From positions 1-54,957 of the IMG/VR virus record IMGVR_UViG_3300028586_000752: a DNA stretch of 54,957 nt, one strand, 5' to 3'. The DNA comes from a virus. Its lineage: Duplodnaviria; Caudoviricetes. Under the pieces are notes generated by a model. The model saw nothing but the letters and a program-made list of their open reading frames with translations. It was not told the DNA's origin and searched no databases. Numbering within the stretch: the first letter of the stretch is position 1; every line of letters begins with the position of its first letter. Both the position numbers and the translations under genes were made by a program. Of this stretch, positions 1 through 8,888 are shown one piece after another.

Positions 1-1557
1 GTGAAGATCGAACTGAGCATGCCGCTCATCAAGGCCCTCAAGCTGGGGCAAAAACCGGTCGCAATCGATGCGGCAGGGAAGCTGGTGTTTGAGGCCGACC
101 CGACCAACGCCCCATACATCGTCTACGACGCGAGCCAGGATGCCCCGCCTGGCTTTGGCGTGAAGGTGGCCGGCAAGAAGACGTTCATTGTGCGCAGAAA
201 GGTCAACGGCAAGTCCGTGCAGCCGACGGTGGGCAACGTGGCCGACTTCATGCGAGCCAAGAGCCCGCTCACTGAAGCCCGCCAGGTGGCCGCCAAGTTG
301 GTCGAAGGCATCCTGTCCACTGGACGCAACCCCAACGTCGAGGCCCGCAAGGCCGTCGCCCTCATCCCTACGCTTGGCGAATTGTTCGCGCTGTATCGGG
401 AGCATGTCGCCACCCGAAAGCGCAAGCCGGCGAGCCAAGAAACGCTCCGCGTGTTTGATCGCAGCGTCCGCCGATTTGAGGCGCTGGGCTGGCTTAGACG
501 GAAAGTCGACGAGTTTGAGTCAGCGGAGATTCTCTCGGAATTCGAAAAGGCATCGAAAGAGGCTCCAGTCGCCGCCGAACAAACCTTCCGTCTGGCGATC
601 TCCGCATTGAACTGGAAGATGCGAAACGAGCAGCTTGACGCGAGCGTGGCCGGTCGAGAAGTCGCCATCCGCGCTAACCCATTCATCACGCTCGCGGCGA
701 ATGGGCAGTTTCTCACCCGCGAAGAGAGGGAGCTGCATTATCAAAAGAGTTCCGTGAGGAACCCTCTGACGCCATCAAAATCGCTTGGGGAATTTCTCGA
801 AGTGGCTTGGGCGAAACGATCGACGAATGACAACGCGACCGGCGTCGATTATCTGATCGCGATGCTGCTTTGGGGTTGCCGCAAATCGGAGCACGCTCAA
901 TGCGTATGGCGGGAATTTGTCCCGGCCGGCAAAGAGAAGGAGATGAGCTACGTCGATTTGAGCGACGATCCGATGTGGGGGCCTAGCGTCTATTTCCACA
1001 AAACGAAAAACACAAGGGCCCATCGCCTTCCGCTTACTCCATTTGCGGCGGAGCTCATGCGTCAACGCCAGCGGAGCTCGGCGGAGGAATCATCGATCCG
1101 CGGCTTCGGATTGAAATCCCGCCATTTCGTTTTCCCTGCGCGCTCTAAACAATCGAAGACTGGGCATTATTCTGATTCGACGGATCTTCGTGGCGCGATC
1201 ATCGACGAGGCCGGCATTCACAAGCTGACCAACCACGATTTACGGCGGTCTTTTGGCGCGATCATGACGACTCTTTGCGCGCCCGAGCCAATCAAGAAAT
1301 CCTTCTTCAACCACTCCGCGTCCAACATCACTGAGATTTATACGCCGCCCGAGTGGAATATGTTGCGGGAATGGATGTCGAAGATCGAGCAGAAGATCTT
1401 GATGACGGCCCCAAACGCTTACAATGCGTTGAAGCCCTCCGACTGGCCCCCACTGCCGGCGCCTGAGCCGCATGTGTGCCGCCCGCCAAAACCACGGACT
1501 GGCCGCCCGAAGAAGGCCAGCACGACCGCAGATGAAAGAGAGACCGAGGATGTTTGA
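1..1557 (+). CDS. int: Tyrosine recombinase/integrase with N-terminal arm-binding (DUF4102-like) domain
   Basis: Catalytic set WGCRKSE (R), KTKN (K), HDLRRSF (HxxR), FNH, EIY (Y); N-terminal PGFGVKVAGKKTFIVRRK arm-binding motif. Confidence 0.93.
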   Translation: MKIELSMPLIKALKLGQKPVAIDAAGKLVFEADPTNAPYIVYDASQDAPPGFGVKVAGKKTFIVRRKVNGKSVQPTVGNVADFMRAKSPLTEARQVAAKLVEGILSTGRNPNVEARKAVALIPTLGELFALYREHVATRKRKPASQETLRVFDRSVRRFEALGWLRRKVDEFESAEILSEFEKASKEAPVAAEQTFRLAISALNWKMRNEQLDASVAGREVAIRANPFITLAANGQFLTREERELHYQKSSVRNPLTPSKSLGEFLEVAWAKRSTNDNATGVDYLIAMLLWGCRKSEHAQCVWREFVPAGKEKEMSYVDLSDDPMWGPSVYFHKTKNTRAHRLPLTPFAAELMRQRQRSSAEESSIRGFGLKSRHFVFPARSKQSKTGHYSDSTDLRGAIIDEAGIHKLTNHDLRRSFGAIMTTLCAPEPIKKSFFNHSASNITEIYTPPEWNMLREWMSKIEQKILMTAPNAYNALKPSDWPPLPAPEPHVCRPPKPRTGRPKKASTTADERETEDV

Positions 1558-2143
1558 CGAGAAGACCTTCGCCCAGCTCGACGCCGCCGCCCGGCTCCAC
1601 ATGCTGCCCGACTCGATGATGTTGAGCAGCAAAGAGGCCGCGGCGTTCTTGCGGCTGTCTCTTCGCACACTGGAAGACCTCCGCCGCAGTGGGGATGGGC
1701 CGGCGTATGCCCAAGCCCCGGGCGGCTCGAACCGACCATGCCTGTATCAAAAGGGCGATCTGCTGGCATGGATCAGCAAGAACAAGATTGGCTCCGTGGC
1801 TGAGAACGCCACCCGCAATGGCATCGTCTTCGCTCTGGCCGGGCTGGTCGAGGAGTCCGCCTTCTGGGTAACCTCGTCGGGGTTGATCATGGGTGCCGTG
1901 GAGAGCACGCCCGTCGCCGACGTCCCGCGACTGCTTGCTGAATGCTCGATCGAATGGCTCCCGGCGATCGAAGCGGCCGCCACCGGGGATTGGATCGGGG
2001 CCGACGCGCATGAAGAGTTCGGCCGGCACGTGCAATCCAAGCTGAGTGATGCGGCGTCTGCGGTGCTGGCCGGTGTAGAGCGAACCGTGCTGGCAGAGAT
2101 CACGGCCGACGCCCCATCAGCGAGAGCAGCGCTCCGGGATTAA
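1550..2143 (+). CDS. AlpA/excisionase-like HTH protein with C-terminal extension
   Basis: LSSKEAAAFLRLSLRTLEDLRRSGDGPAY...YQKGDLLAWI is an HTH_17/Xis signature; ATG at 1550 overlaps the int stop. Confidence 0.8.
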   Translation: MFDEKTFAQLDAAARLHMLPDSMMLSSKEAAAFLRLSLRTLEDLRRSGDGPAYAQAPGGSNRPCLYQKGDLLAWISKNKIGSVAENATRNGIVFALAGLVEESAFWVTSSGLIMGAVESTPVADVPRLLAECSIEWLPAIEAAATGDWIGADAHEEFGRHVQSKLSDAASAVLAGVERTVLAEITADAPSARAALRD

Positions 2144-2219
2144 GACGGGCGGCGTTGAATCTCTTTCTTTATTGCGGGAAGGTTCCCATTGAACCCTGGC
2201 AATTAAAAGAGGAGATAAA

Positions 2220-2798
2220 ATGCTCGAACGAAAAAACCCGCATCGCCTGCTGGACTTCCTTATTGAGAAGTTCAAATTCAGAAATGATGCCGAGCTTTGC
2301 CGCCATCTCGACGTCCCGTCCCCAATTATCAGCAGAATTCGCTCTGGAAAACGTTCGCTAGGGGACGGCTTGCGTGTTGCGATCATGGAGCGTTGCGGCA
2401 TGACGCTTGATCAGGTTCGAGCCGCTGCTGGGGAGACGCCACACCGAACCAATTTTTGCCGAGGCAGCATCAGCCTGCTCTTTATCATGAAGAGCGATGG
2501 CTTTGATGGAACGCTCTATGGCAATGGTGGGCTTGGCGATCTAGCGGGCGTAAGCGATTCTCATCAAGAGCTCGAAGCCATGCATGCTGAAATTACGTCA
2601 AACCTCTCTGACGACCGAAAAGACGGCCTCATTGTCGACTATGACTCATTTGAGATCCAGCAGATCAACAGGCGTAGGCTTGGCAGCGATGGCTCCATTT
2701 GGCGTAGTTGGGAATATCCGAAGTCAAAAGTTTACGCCAATGCGCAAAGCAAGGCCGCCATTCTTGAACTTCAGCGCCTCGTGAAAGAGCGCGGCTGA
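2220..2798 (+). CDS. XRE-family HTH regulator (candidate repressor)
   Basis: NPHRLLDFLIEKFKFRNDAELCRHLDVPSPIISRIRSG HTH; GAGGAG SD upstream. Confidence 0.7.
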   Translation: MLERKNPHRLLDFLIEKFKFRNDAELCRHLDVPSPIISRIRSGKRSLGDGLRVAIMERCGMTLDQVRAAAGETPHRTNFCRGSISLLFIMKSDGFDGTLYGNGGLGDLAGVSDSHQELEAMHAEITSNLSDDRKDGLIVDYDSFEIQQINRRRLGSDGSIWRSWEYPKSKVYANAQSKAAILELQRLVKERG

Positions 2799-2804
2799 CT
2801 CTCT

Positions 2805-3416
2805 CTACAACCGACCAGCCCGGCCCGATGCTTTCGGTGCCGGGCTTGCCTTTTTCGACTCAGCAAGCAACGCTTCACGCTCCAGGTCGGCCGGCTCGTG
2901 AAACCATGCGGAGTTGATCTCGTGTTGGATGAGCAGGAAGAGGTCGCCGCTCCGCAGCATATCGCCGTCCTCCAGCACTCTGAACGCCGGGATGTTGAGG
3001 TCTTGATCTGAGAGCAGGCCATGCTGATGTCCGTCGACGGCCTCCCGAACCAGGTCGTTGGCGAAGTCGATCCCCATCCGCCAAAGGATCTCCCCAAGCT
3101 CCGGCCAGTATTTGATTTGAACAGCCCGCCCCTGAGCGTTCTTGTCGATCGCGGTATGGACAGCGTAGAAGCTCTTCGTTTGGTCGCGGCGGTCCCGGCA
3201 GTGCAAGCTGAACAGGTGGCCGTCGGTGGTGATCAGATAGATCCAATCATCCATCCTCACCGAGGTCTCAGGTCGGGCAAGCACGGCGCCGGCTTCATGC
3301 TTCGCGAAATCCCTGCGCACATACTTACCGTCGATGAATGGCGTTACGCTCCGAAGCCATGAGCGCCACTCGTATTCGTCCATGGACCGCACGTCTAGTT
3401 CGTCTTGATCGCTCAC
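2805..3416 (-). CDS. Hypothetical protein with C-terminal GRL tag
   Basis: GGAGG then GTG at 3416 (start uncertain, the ORF is open to 3533); ends EREALLAESKKASPAPKASGRAGRL. Confidence 0.7.
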   Translation of the reverse strand: MSDQDELDVRSMDEYEWRSWLRSVTPFIDGKYVRRDFAKHEAGAVLARPETSVRMDDWIYLITTDGHLFSLHCRDRRDQTKSFYAVHTAIDKNAQGRAVQIKYWPELGEILWRMGIDFANDLVREAVDGHQHGLLSDQDLNIPAFRVLEDGDMLRSGDLFLLIQHEINSAWFHEPADLEREALLAESKKASPAPKASGRAGRL

Positions 3417-3740
3417 CACGCCTCCACGAGAATGGAAAGACTTGATGGTAGCAGAGAGCGTCAGCGCGGTTGCAAGAAAAACAAAGCCCCCGGGTAGGAG
3501 GCCTTGAATCATAATCGGAGCCTGCGACATCATCCGCAGTCATGCTCCGAGGGGTTCCCACGCCCCTGATTTTTCCCCAACGACGCGCCCGGCCGTTTGA
3601 CACTCGCTACTCGGCCTGTGTAAAGCGTAGCGCTGAGACGGAAGCATTGTCAATGGGAAACATGGAGCCATGATTTTGCGCGATGCGATCTTGAACATTG
3701 CGCGCTATAGTCGGCGCCAAACCCACCACCAGGAGTCGAC

Positions 3741-4211
3741 ATGGACGACATCTACAACCCGGCGGCACAGATCGCGTTCGGGCAAGCGCGATCAGCCAAT
3801 CTCCAAGCCAGCTTCGCACAGCAGACGGCCGACGCTGCGGAGTCGAAAGCCCGGATCGCCCAAGAAAGCCTCGACATGCTTCGAAGCCAGTCGGCGGGCA
3901 GCGAGGCCCACAACCGACGGATGATCTCAGCCCTAAGCCGGCAGGTCGAAGCATTGCACGAGAAAATCTACGGCTGTCAGCTTTTGATCCAAGAGCGGGA
4001 TCGGCTGATTCTTGAATGGACGCACTCGCACGAGACGTTCAAGTTTCTCGCTCGGGATCTTGGGACCATGCTTGGCGTTGACCGGGAGGAGCGGCAACGG
4101 CTTTACGACGAGCTGGCCGTGGGACTGGCGGAGGAAGACCCATCGTTCGCCAACACGGAGATCCTCAAAAAAGCAAAAGCCCGACTCGCGGGCTCGGGTG
4201 AGGCTGGCTGA
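3741..4211 (+). CDS. Hypothetical coiled-coil protein
   Basis: AGGAG SD before ATG; helical, heptad-like sequence. Confidence 0.65.
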   Translation: MDDIYNPAAQIAFGQARSANLQASFAQQTADAAESKARIAQESLDMLRSQSAGSEAHNRRMISALSRQVEALHEKIYGCQLLIQERDRLILEWTHSHETFKFLARDLGTMLGVDREERQRLYDELAVGLAEEDPSFANTEILKKAKARLAGSGEAG

Positions 4212-4215
4212 GGAT

Positions 4216-4446
4216 TCACAATCGGCCAGCTTTCTTGGGCTTCGAGCCCGGCTCACTGCATGCGGCGCGTAAGGCTCGGGCCTGTTTGTGGGCATCCCAC
4301 TTGGCTTGAATACGAGCATGGCGATTCGGATCAGTGAATGCTCGCGTCATCACGAAACTCGATCTTGCGATATAGAGGCGATACTCAGAAGGGCTCATGC
4401 TGAGACGCTCAGACTCGCTCGGGACGACAAATCGAATATCCTCCAT
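4216..4446 (-). CDS. GRL-tag array protein 9
   Basis: TGATG coupling to the upstream gene; ends QAKWDAHKQARALRAACSEPGSKPKKAGRL. Confidence 0.75.
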   Translation of the reverse strand: MEDIRFVVPSESERLSMSPSEYRLYIARSSFVMTRAFTDPNRHARIQAKWDAHKQARALRAACSEPGSKPKKAGRL

Positions 4447-4871
4447 CAAAGCCTCCCTTTCTTTCCATGCGAGCCCGTCTCAATGCATGCGGTGCGCAAG
4501 GCTCGGGAGGCTTTACGAGCATCCCAAGCGCCTTGAACTTGCTTGGCTGTGCGGATGCGGGTGAGCCCATCGACTGATCGGACGAAGTCTGGATGATTTG
4601 GGTAACTCGACATCCCAACGCCACGGCCGGCAAACCACGAGGCAGAGCCGCACTCGGACCGAATCCATCGCCGAAATCTGGCAATCCTCCCAACTACGAT
4701 CTTGGAGGCACACTCGACCCACTCCCCATGCGAATGATCGATGTAGAACTGTTCGATATCCTCCCGCGTCATCAACCCCATCACGATATCCTCCCGCGTC
4801 ATCGACTCTATCACGATACCCTCCCGCGTCATCGACCCCATCCAGACACCCTCCCGCGTCATTGACCCCAT
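4446..4871 (-). CDS. GRL-tag array protein 8 with 4 N-terminal 10-aa repeats
   Basis: [10 protein letters not shown]-type repeats; ends QGAWDARKASRALRTACIETGSHGKKGRL; TGATG coupling at both ends. Confidence 0.75.
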   Translation of the reverse strand: MGSMTREGVWMGSMTREGIVIESMTREDIVMGLMTREDIEQFYIDHSHGEWVECASKIVVGRIARFRRWIRSECGSASWFAGRGVGMSSYPNHPDFVRSVDGLTRIRTAKQVQGAWDARKASRALRTACIETGSHGKKGRL

Positions 4872-4873
4872 CA
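4754..4873. repeat. Tandem repeat, 4 x 30 bp
   Basis: Units cgatatcctcccgcgtcatcaaccccatca, cgatatcctcccgcgtcatcgactctatca, cgataccctcccgcgtcatcgaccccatcc, agacaccctcccgcgtcattgaccccatca. Confidence 0.95.
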
Positions 4874-5149
4874 CAGCCTCCCTTGCGTTGTGCGTGGGCC
4901 GGGCTGGGTTTCAGGCGCGGCCGGCGTCTCTTGATCAAGCTCGCGGGCGGCTTCTTGGGCGAGGGAGGATTGCACAAGTCGGGCAGTGTGCGCATCGAAA
5001 GTGACGCTTTCGAGTAGCGTGGGATTGCCGCGAATTTTTATGCCGCCGTCGCACTCAACGATAGAAACATATGAGTCAGGTGATCCGTCGCCAAGGACCG
5101 CCAAGTAAAACGCATCCCGCCAAACAGAATCCGAGCCGCAAAATCTCAT
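4871..5149 (-). CDS. GRL-tag array protein 7
   Basis: TGATG coupling; ends [23 protein letters not shown]. Confidence 0.72.
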   Translation of the reverse strand: MRFCGSDSVWRDAFYLAVLGDGSPDSYVSIVECDGGIKIRGNPTLLESVTFDAHTARLVQSSLAQEAARELDQETPAAPETQPGPRTTQGRL

Positions 5150-5508
5150 CAAAGCCTCCCTTGCGTGCCGGAGCCAGTCGCACCAGGGCCAGCGGCGTCG
5201 GCGATCTCTTGGCGGTGGGCAGCCTGCTCTTTGTCCTCGATGTAGCCGATCGCCATCCGACGCATGCGGTCGGCGATAGATGATGCCCCCGCGATGTCGC
5301 CAACGGAGTGGTAGTTGTGGAAGAGCTGGTTCAGCAAATTCCAGGCATGCCCATCAAAGTTGGCGGCAGACTCGCTCGACGTCGCATCGGGCATTCCGAA
5401 TGCTTGGCGAATGGACTGCATCGAGCAGGAAGCGGCCGGCGATTGATCTTCCTGCTTGGCCGGCTCCCCGAGGAGAGCGAGCAATGCGGCTTTGAGTCGT
5501 TTGAGCAT
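5149..5508 (-). CDS. GRL-tag array protein 6
   Basis: GGAGG SD then ATG at 5508 ([10 protein letters not shown]); ends [19 protein letters not shown]. Confidence 0.72.
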   Translation of the reverse strand: MLKRLKAALLALLGEPAKQEDQSPAASCSMQSIRQAFGMPDATSSESAANFDGHAWNLLNQLFHNYHSVGDIAGASSIADRMRRMAIGYIEDKEQAAHRQEIADAAGPGATGSGTQGRL

Positions 5509-5579
5509 GGGGCCTCCGCGATGGTATGCATCCAATATCGCAAGGCTCCCGGTGGAAGCCAAGGCCGGCTGTCAGCCAG

Positions 5580-5831
5580 TCAAAGCCTCCCTTTCTGTTT
5601 GCGTGGGCCAGACTGCGTTGGCGGGGCGGCCGGCGTGGAAGTTTCATTCATCAGGTCGACGGACTCTCTGAGACGGCTATTCTCATCAAGAACGGCTTGA
5701 ATATCCTTCGCCAAACTGTATATCGGATGACCACACCCCAAATCCTCGTAATCATCGATGGCCTCGTATGGGGAGTAGCCAACCTCCAAGATAGAAAGCA
5801 GGTCCGAGAGACGCTTAGCTGCGGTCCCCAT
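5580..5831 (-). CDS. GRL-tag array protein 5 (acidic N-terminal part)
   Basis: TGATG coupling; ends PAAPPTQSGPRKQKGRL. Confidence 0.72.
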   Translation of the reverse strand: MGTAAKRLSDLLSILEVGYSPYEAIDDYEDLGCGHPIYSLAKDIQAVLDENSRLRESVDLMNETSTPAAPPTQSGPRKQKGRL

Positions 5832-6118
5832 CAAAGCCTCCCTTTCTGTTTATTCTCGGCCGGCGCGGTTGGTTGAGCGGCGAGCGATCGACGGATGGCT
5901 CGGGCGTCCCAGTCGGCTTGGATCGCGTCGGGCATGCGGATGCGGGAGAGGCCGCCAATGAAGACGGTTAGATCTTCGTAAATGCCGCATCGCAGGCCGC
6001 TGAATTCTTCCGCCTTGCGCTTCCCGCTTCGAATTTCTTTGCGCCACAAAGGGAACTGGTGGAGGATAAATATCCTGAGTTGTTGCAGCCTTACTTCGCG
6101 TGAGAATGCAAGCCTCAT
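5831..6118 (-). CDS. GRL-tag array protein 4
   Basis: GGGAGGCTCTGATG coupling; MRLAFSREV...QADWDARAIRRSLAAQPTAPAENKQKGRL. Confidence 0.75.
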   Translation of the reverse strand: MRLAFSREVRLQQLRIFILHQFPLWRKEIRSGKRKAEEFSGLRCGIYEDLTVFIGGLSRIRMPDAIQADWDARAIRRSLAAQPTAPAENKQKGRL

Positions 6119-6378
6119 CAGAGCCTCCCTCCCATCTTCTTCCCCGCCCCAATACCACTCGCCCGGCGAATGGCTCTTGCATCCCAACGAGCTTGCACAA
6201 TTGAACGGGGCAGCCAGCGATGGAAGGCTGGAGACGCATCTCGATAAGGGCTATTGTCATCAACCTGCCGGCAGCCTTGGCGGAAGTTCTTCGCTCCTTG
6301 AATGGTCAAGTAGCGCACGAGCTCATCAAGCTGTCGGAGCGTGAGCGAAGCGATTTCGGTTTCCGGTCTTAGATTCAC
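6118..6378 (-). CDS. GRL-tag array protein 3
   Basis: GTGA start/stop overlap at 6375-6378; ends HRWLPRSIVQARWDARAIRRASGIGAGKKMGGRL. Confidence 0.75.
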   Translation of the reverse strand: MNLRPETEIASLTLRQLDELVRYLTIQGAKNFRQGCRQVDDNSPYRDASPAFHRWLPRSIVQARWDARAIRRASGIGAGKKMGGRL

Positions 6379-6478
6379 AGCCTCCCTCCCGTCTTCTTCC
6401 CCGCACCGCCACCACTCGCCCGGCGAACGGCTCTGGCATCCCAACGGGCTTGCACGTGCTCTCGCGGGAGCCAGCGAT
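6122..6478. repeat. ~100-bp direct repeat pair (6122-6221 and 6379-6478) encoding the shared C-terminal module
   Basis: Both copies begin agcctccctccc(a/g)tcttcttccccgc and encode RWLPRxxVQARWDARAxRRASGxGAGKKxGGRL. Confidence 0.9.
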
Positions 6479-6590
6479 TGACGACGCCATGCTCAGGTCG
6501 GGATGGATGATCAACTGCCCACCGCCGATAGCATTGGCGTTCATAACGCATTTCGGACATGAAAAAGCGCTCCCATTCTGCGTCGGTCAT
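6375..6590 (-). CDS. GRL-tag array protein 2
   Basis: ATGA overlap at 6587-6590; MTDAEWERFF...VQARWDARAVRRASGGGAGKKTGGRL. Confidence 0.75.
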   Translation of the reverse strand: MTDAEWERFFMSEMRYERQCYRRWAVDHPSRPEHGVVNRWLPREHVQARWDARAVRRASGGGAGKKTGGRL

Positions 6591-6808
6591 AGCCTTGCTC
6601 CCTTGCTCGATGCGGCGGGCTGGTTGCATACTCGACGCAATGCTCGGGCCTCGCGGCGGGCGTCCCATCGTGCTTGGACGAGGCGGCGGCTCGGGCCGAA
6701 AATGGTTTGCAAAAACTGTCTCACGCTACGCGCCTGCCGAATACGTTCCACTCGTGATGCGGCTGCCAGCGCTTGACGAATACGCGTCGATCGCTCCAAG
6801 CCTTCCAA
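6587..6808 (-). CDS. Tag array protein 1 (ARL end); 5' end uncertain, possibly disrupted
   Basis: Ends VQARWDARREARALRRVCNQPAASSKGARL. The best SD+ATG (~6852) is in another frame and an in-frame TAA lies just upstream of 6808. Confidence 0.55.
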   Translation of the reverse strand: MEGLERSTRIRQALAAASRVERIRQARSVRQFLQTIFGPSRRLVQARWDARREARALRRVCNQPAASSKGARL

Positions 6809-7188
6809 CTTTTACAAAATCTCTTCCAATTCCATCTCGCTCTCCAAAACATCTCTCTCTCCCTTATTTATCGCTCACCGCCCATGCAGCAGCAAGCCCG
6901 GCCATCAGTTCGACGAGCGGGGTCGATGGTTTGCGTCGGCGGGGGTGTTTGCCAGGGCGCGCGGAAGTCATTTTCGCGGGTTGCAATCTCGGCGGAGGTG
7001 GGCGGGCTATCGGCGGGGAGAGGGGGCGGGATTGGAGGATTGGGCGGCGGGCTTGGCTTGGGGGGGGGCGGGCGATGGGGCTCGGTAGCGGCGTGCGGGC
7101 TGATGAGACGAGGTGGGCTATAGGGCAAGGAGGAGGGGGCGATTGATGGCGGGGAGGGAGGGTTGCTGGAAAGGCTATGGGAGGGTGC

Positions 7189-7213
7189 TAGATAGATAGT
7201 TTTTATCTATCTA
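7189..7213. promoter_or_regulatory. AT-rich palindrome, operator-like
   Basis: TAGATAGATA-gtttt-TATCTATCTA, perfect 10-bp arms in a GC-rich non-coding stretch upstream of the tag array. Confidence 0.5.
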
Positions 7214-7302
7214 TGATGGTAACTCTTTTGGTTTGCGAGTGAGGTTTCGTGCATGGGGAAACACGCCCCACCTCCAGCCCGCCCCAAGCCATCCACCCAT
7301 GA

Positions 7303-7330
7303 GAAAAGCCCTCCGCTTCGAGAGGGCTTC
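7303..7330 (-). terminator. Intrinsic terminator after the DUF4942 gene
   Basis: Minus strand gaagccctc-tcgaagcg-gagggctt-ttc. Confidence 0.65.
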
Positions 7331-7349
7331 GCATTGCTTTATCGGGGAG

Positions 7350-8132
7350 CTAGGCCTTGGGCTTCGCGAGGGCGGACGGATATCGACTCGCCAAGACCTC
7401 ATTCATCTTAGCGACAAGATCTGGCCGCTTGAAGTAGACGTGCAAGTTCCCGTTTTGAAAGCCCACGATCGAGATGTAGTCTGACTTGAATTCCGAGACG
7501 GGTTGATGGTCTGAGAGCATTGCGAAGTTGTCGCGATGGTCGGGCTGAGGCTTATCGTCCATGACGTGCATGAAGCGGATGAGGTCGTCGACGTGCAGTC
7601 GGTTCTGACTGTAAACCCATGGGTTTCGCCCATTAAGAATGATCTTCTTGCCGAAAGCGACGGGGGAATTGGTCTTGTGCGACCACGAAAGAGCTCGATA
7701 CAACTGCTCGATGCCGTCGTCCATCATCTGTTTGCGCTTCAAATGCAGCTCTGAAAACGTAGCTTTGATGCTGTCCATGGTGAGCGCGGGAATCTCGCGA
7801 TTCTGGATTTTCTGGCCCCAGTCTACGACGTCTCTCGCGCTCATGAATGAAAGCATGCCGCTTTCGTGCATCAAGTGATCCCACGCCTTTGCATCGTAGC
7901 CCGAGATTAGCATCTCAAAGATTTTGTCGTCTTGAATAGCGTGGCGGAATCCGCTGATACTCGCAAAGCTCATGTCATACATCTCCGGATGCTTACCCCC
8001 ACGGTCGAAGCCGCTGGCGAGGAAGATGTCGTGAGCCTCACCGATCGAAGCGCGGGCGGCCTGCACCCGCTCGACGAAGGCGTTGCGTTGATTGACCAGG
8101 TTCGCGATGCTGATGCTCTTCACAAGTTCCAT
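7350..8132 (-). CDS. DUF4942-domain protein
   Basis: YDAKAWDHLMHESGM, YRALSWSHKTNSPVAFGKKII and FQNGNLHVYFKRPDLVAKMN match the DUF4942 pattern; GAGGAG SD. Confidence 0.8.
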   Translation of the reverse strand: MELVKSISIANLVNQRNAFVERVQAARASIGEAHDIFLASGFDRGGKHPEMYDMSFASISGFRHAIQDDKIFEMLISGYDAKAWDHLMHESGMLSFMSARDVVDWGQKIQNREIPALTMDSIKATFSELHLKRKQMMDDGIEQLYRALSWSHKTNSPVAFGKKIILNGRNPWVYSQNRLHVDDLIRFMHVMDDKPQPDHRDNFAMLSDHQPVSEFKSDYISIVGFQNGNLHVYFKRPDLVAKMNEVLASRYPSALAKPKA

Positions 8133-8264
8133 GTGTTCTCCTCGGGTTGATGGTTGCGCTCTCTGTGCTCAGATTTACCCTCTCAAAGCATTAGTGCAGG
8201 GGCAAGGCGTTTCATCGGCGATCGGCGGCGATGTGGAGAAAATGCAACGCATACGCGGGCCATG

Positions 8265-8295
8265 AAAAGGCCCTCCGATGGAGGGCTGATTTTTC
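8265..8295 (-). terminator. Intrinsic terminator, possibly bidirectional
   Basis: aaaaggccctcc-gat-ggagggc-tgattttt. Confidence 0.7.
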
Positions 8296-8307
8296 GGGTT
8301 GAGCGGC

Positions 8308-8658
8308 TTACGCCATTTCAGCCAGCTCCGCTTCCCAGTGTGCGTAACGTTCTTCATATTCTTCGTAGAGCTCGTCGACCAGGGCGGCGTCTTCAAGCTT
8401 GAAGAGCAACGCTCCGACGGCTTCCGCGAAGTCCTCCTCCTGCTTTTCCCAAAGATCGAACGTGCTGCCATCGTGATCATCAAACTCGAACAGCTCGTTT
8501 TCGAGATAGGCTTCGATCACCGCGGCGAACTCCTCGCGGCTGGCTTTGCGGCCGGAGAACTTGAAGGCGGACGCGCTCGAAAGTTGAAGGATCTCGATGC
8601 CCGCGTCGCTGTCGACGCCGAAGACGTATTCGCGGAGGGATTTTTCGGTGATGTTCAT
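8308..8658 (-). CDS. Small, highly acidic protein (DNA-mimic/anti-defence candidate)
   Basis: CAGGAG SD, ATG 8658; about 30 D/E versus about 9 K/R in 116 aa by manual count. Confidence 0.7.
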   Translation of the reverse strand: MNITEKSLREYVFGVDSDAGIEILQLSSASAFKFSGRKASREEFAAVIEAYLENELFEFDDHDGSTFDLWEKQEEDFAEAVGALLFKLEDAALVDELYEEYEERYAHWEAELAEMA

Positions 8659-8813
8659 GTGTGTCTCCTGGTGGTTTTGGTTGTCGTGCTCTCTCGGCAC
8701 GAATTCATCTTCTGACATTGCATCGGGCCGGGCAAGGCCACTGGTCGGGGATAAGCGGCAGGCGGGATGGGCGGCGCATTTCGACCGCTCGTCTTTTAAT
8801 GTGATTTTGCATC

Positions 8814-8841
8814 TTGCGTTCGCCATGGCGTTTGGTAACTT
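8814..8841 (+). promoter_or_regulatory. Sigma70-like promoter candidate
   Basis: TTGCGT-16 nt-TAACTT with TG extension; the spacer contains the palindrome CGCCATGGCG. Confidence 0.5.
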
Positions 8842-8888
8842 GGTTTCACCCGAAGAGAGCCGGCGACCAAAACCACCAGGAGACAACC

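Noticed and set aside
4754-4873. 30-bp repeats as a CRISPR array
   Set aside because: The units are head-to-tail with no spacers, lie in frame in a CDS, and no cas genes are present.
4216-6808. GRL ending as only a by-product of SD plus stop overlap
   Set aside because: It contributes at coupled junctions, but three genes encode GRL with non-SD codons and the upstream WDA/WEA helix is also shared.
6868-7128. Proline-rich 86-aa ORF and the overlapping Gly-rich plus-strand ORFs
   Set aside because: They arise from the low-complexity G tract and have no clear SD or domain.
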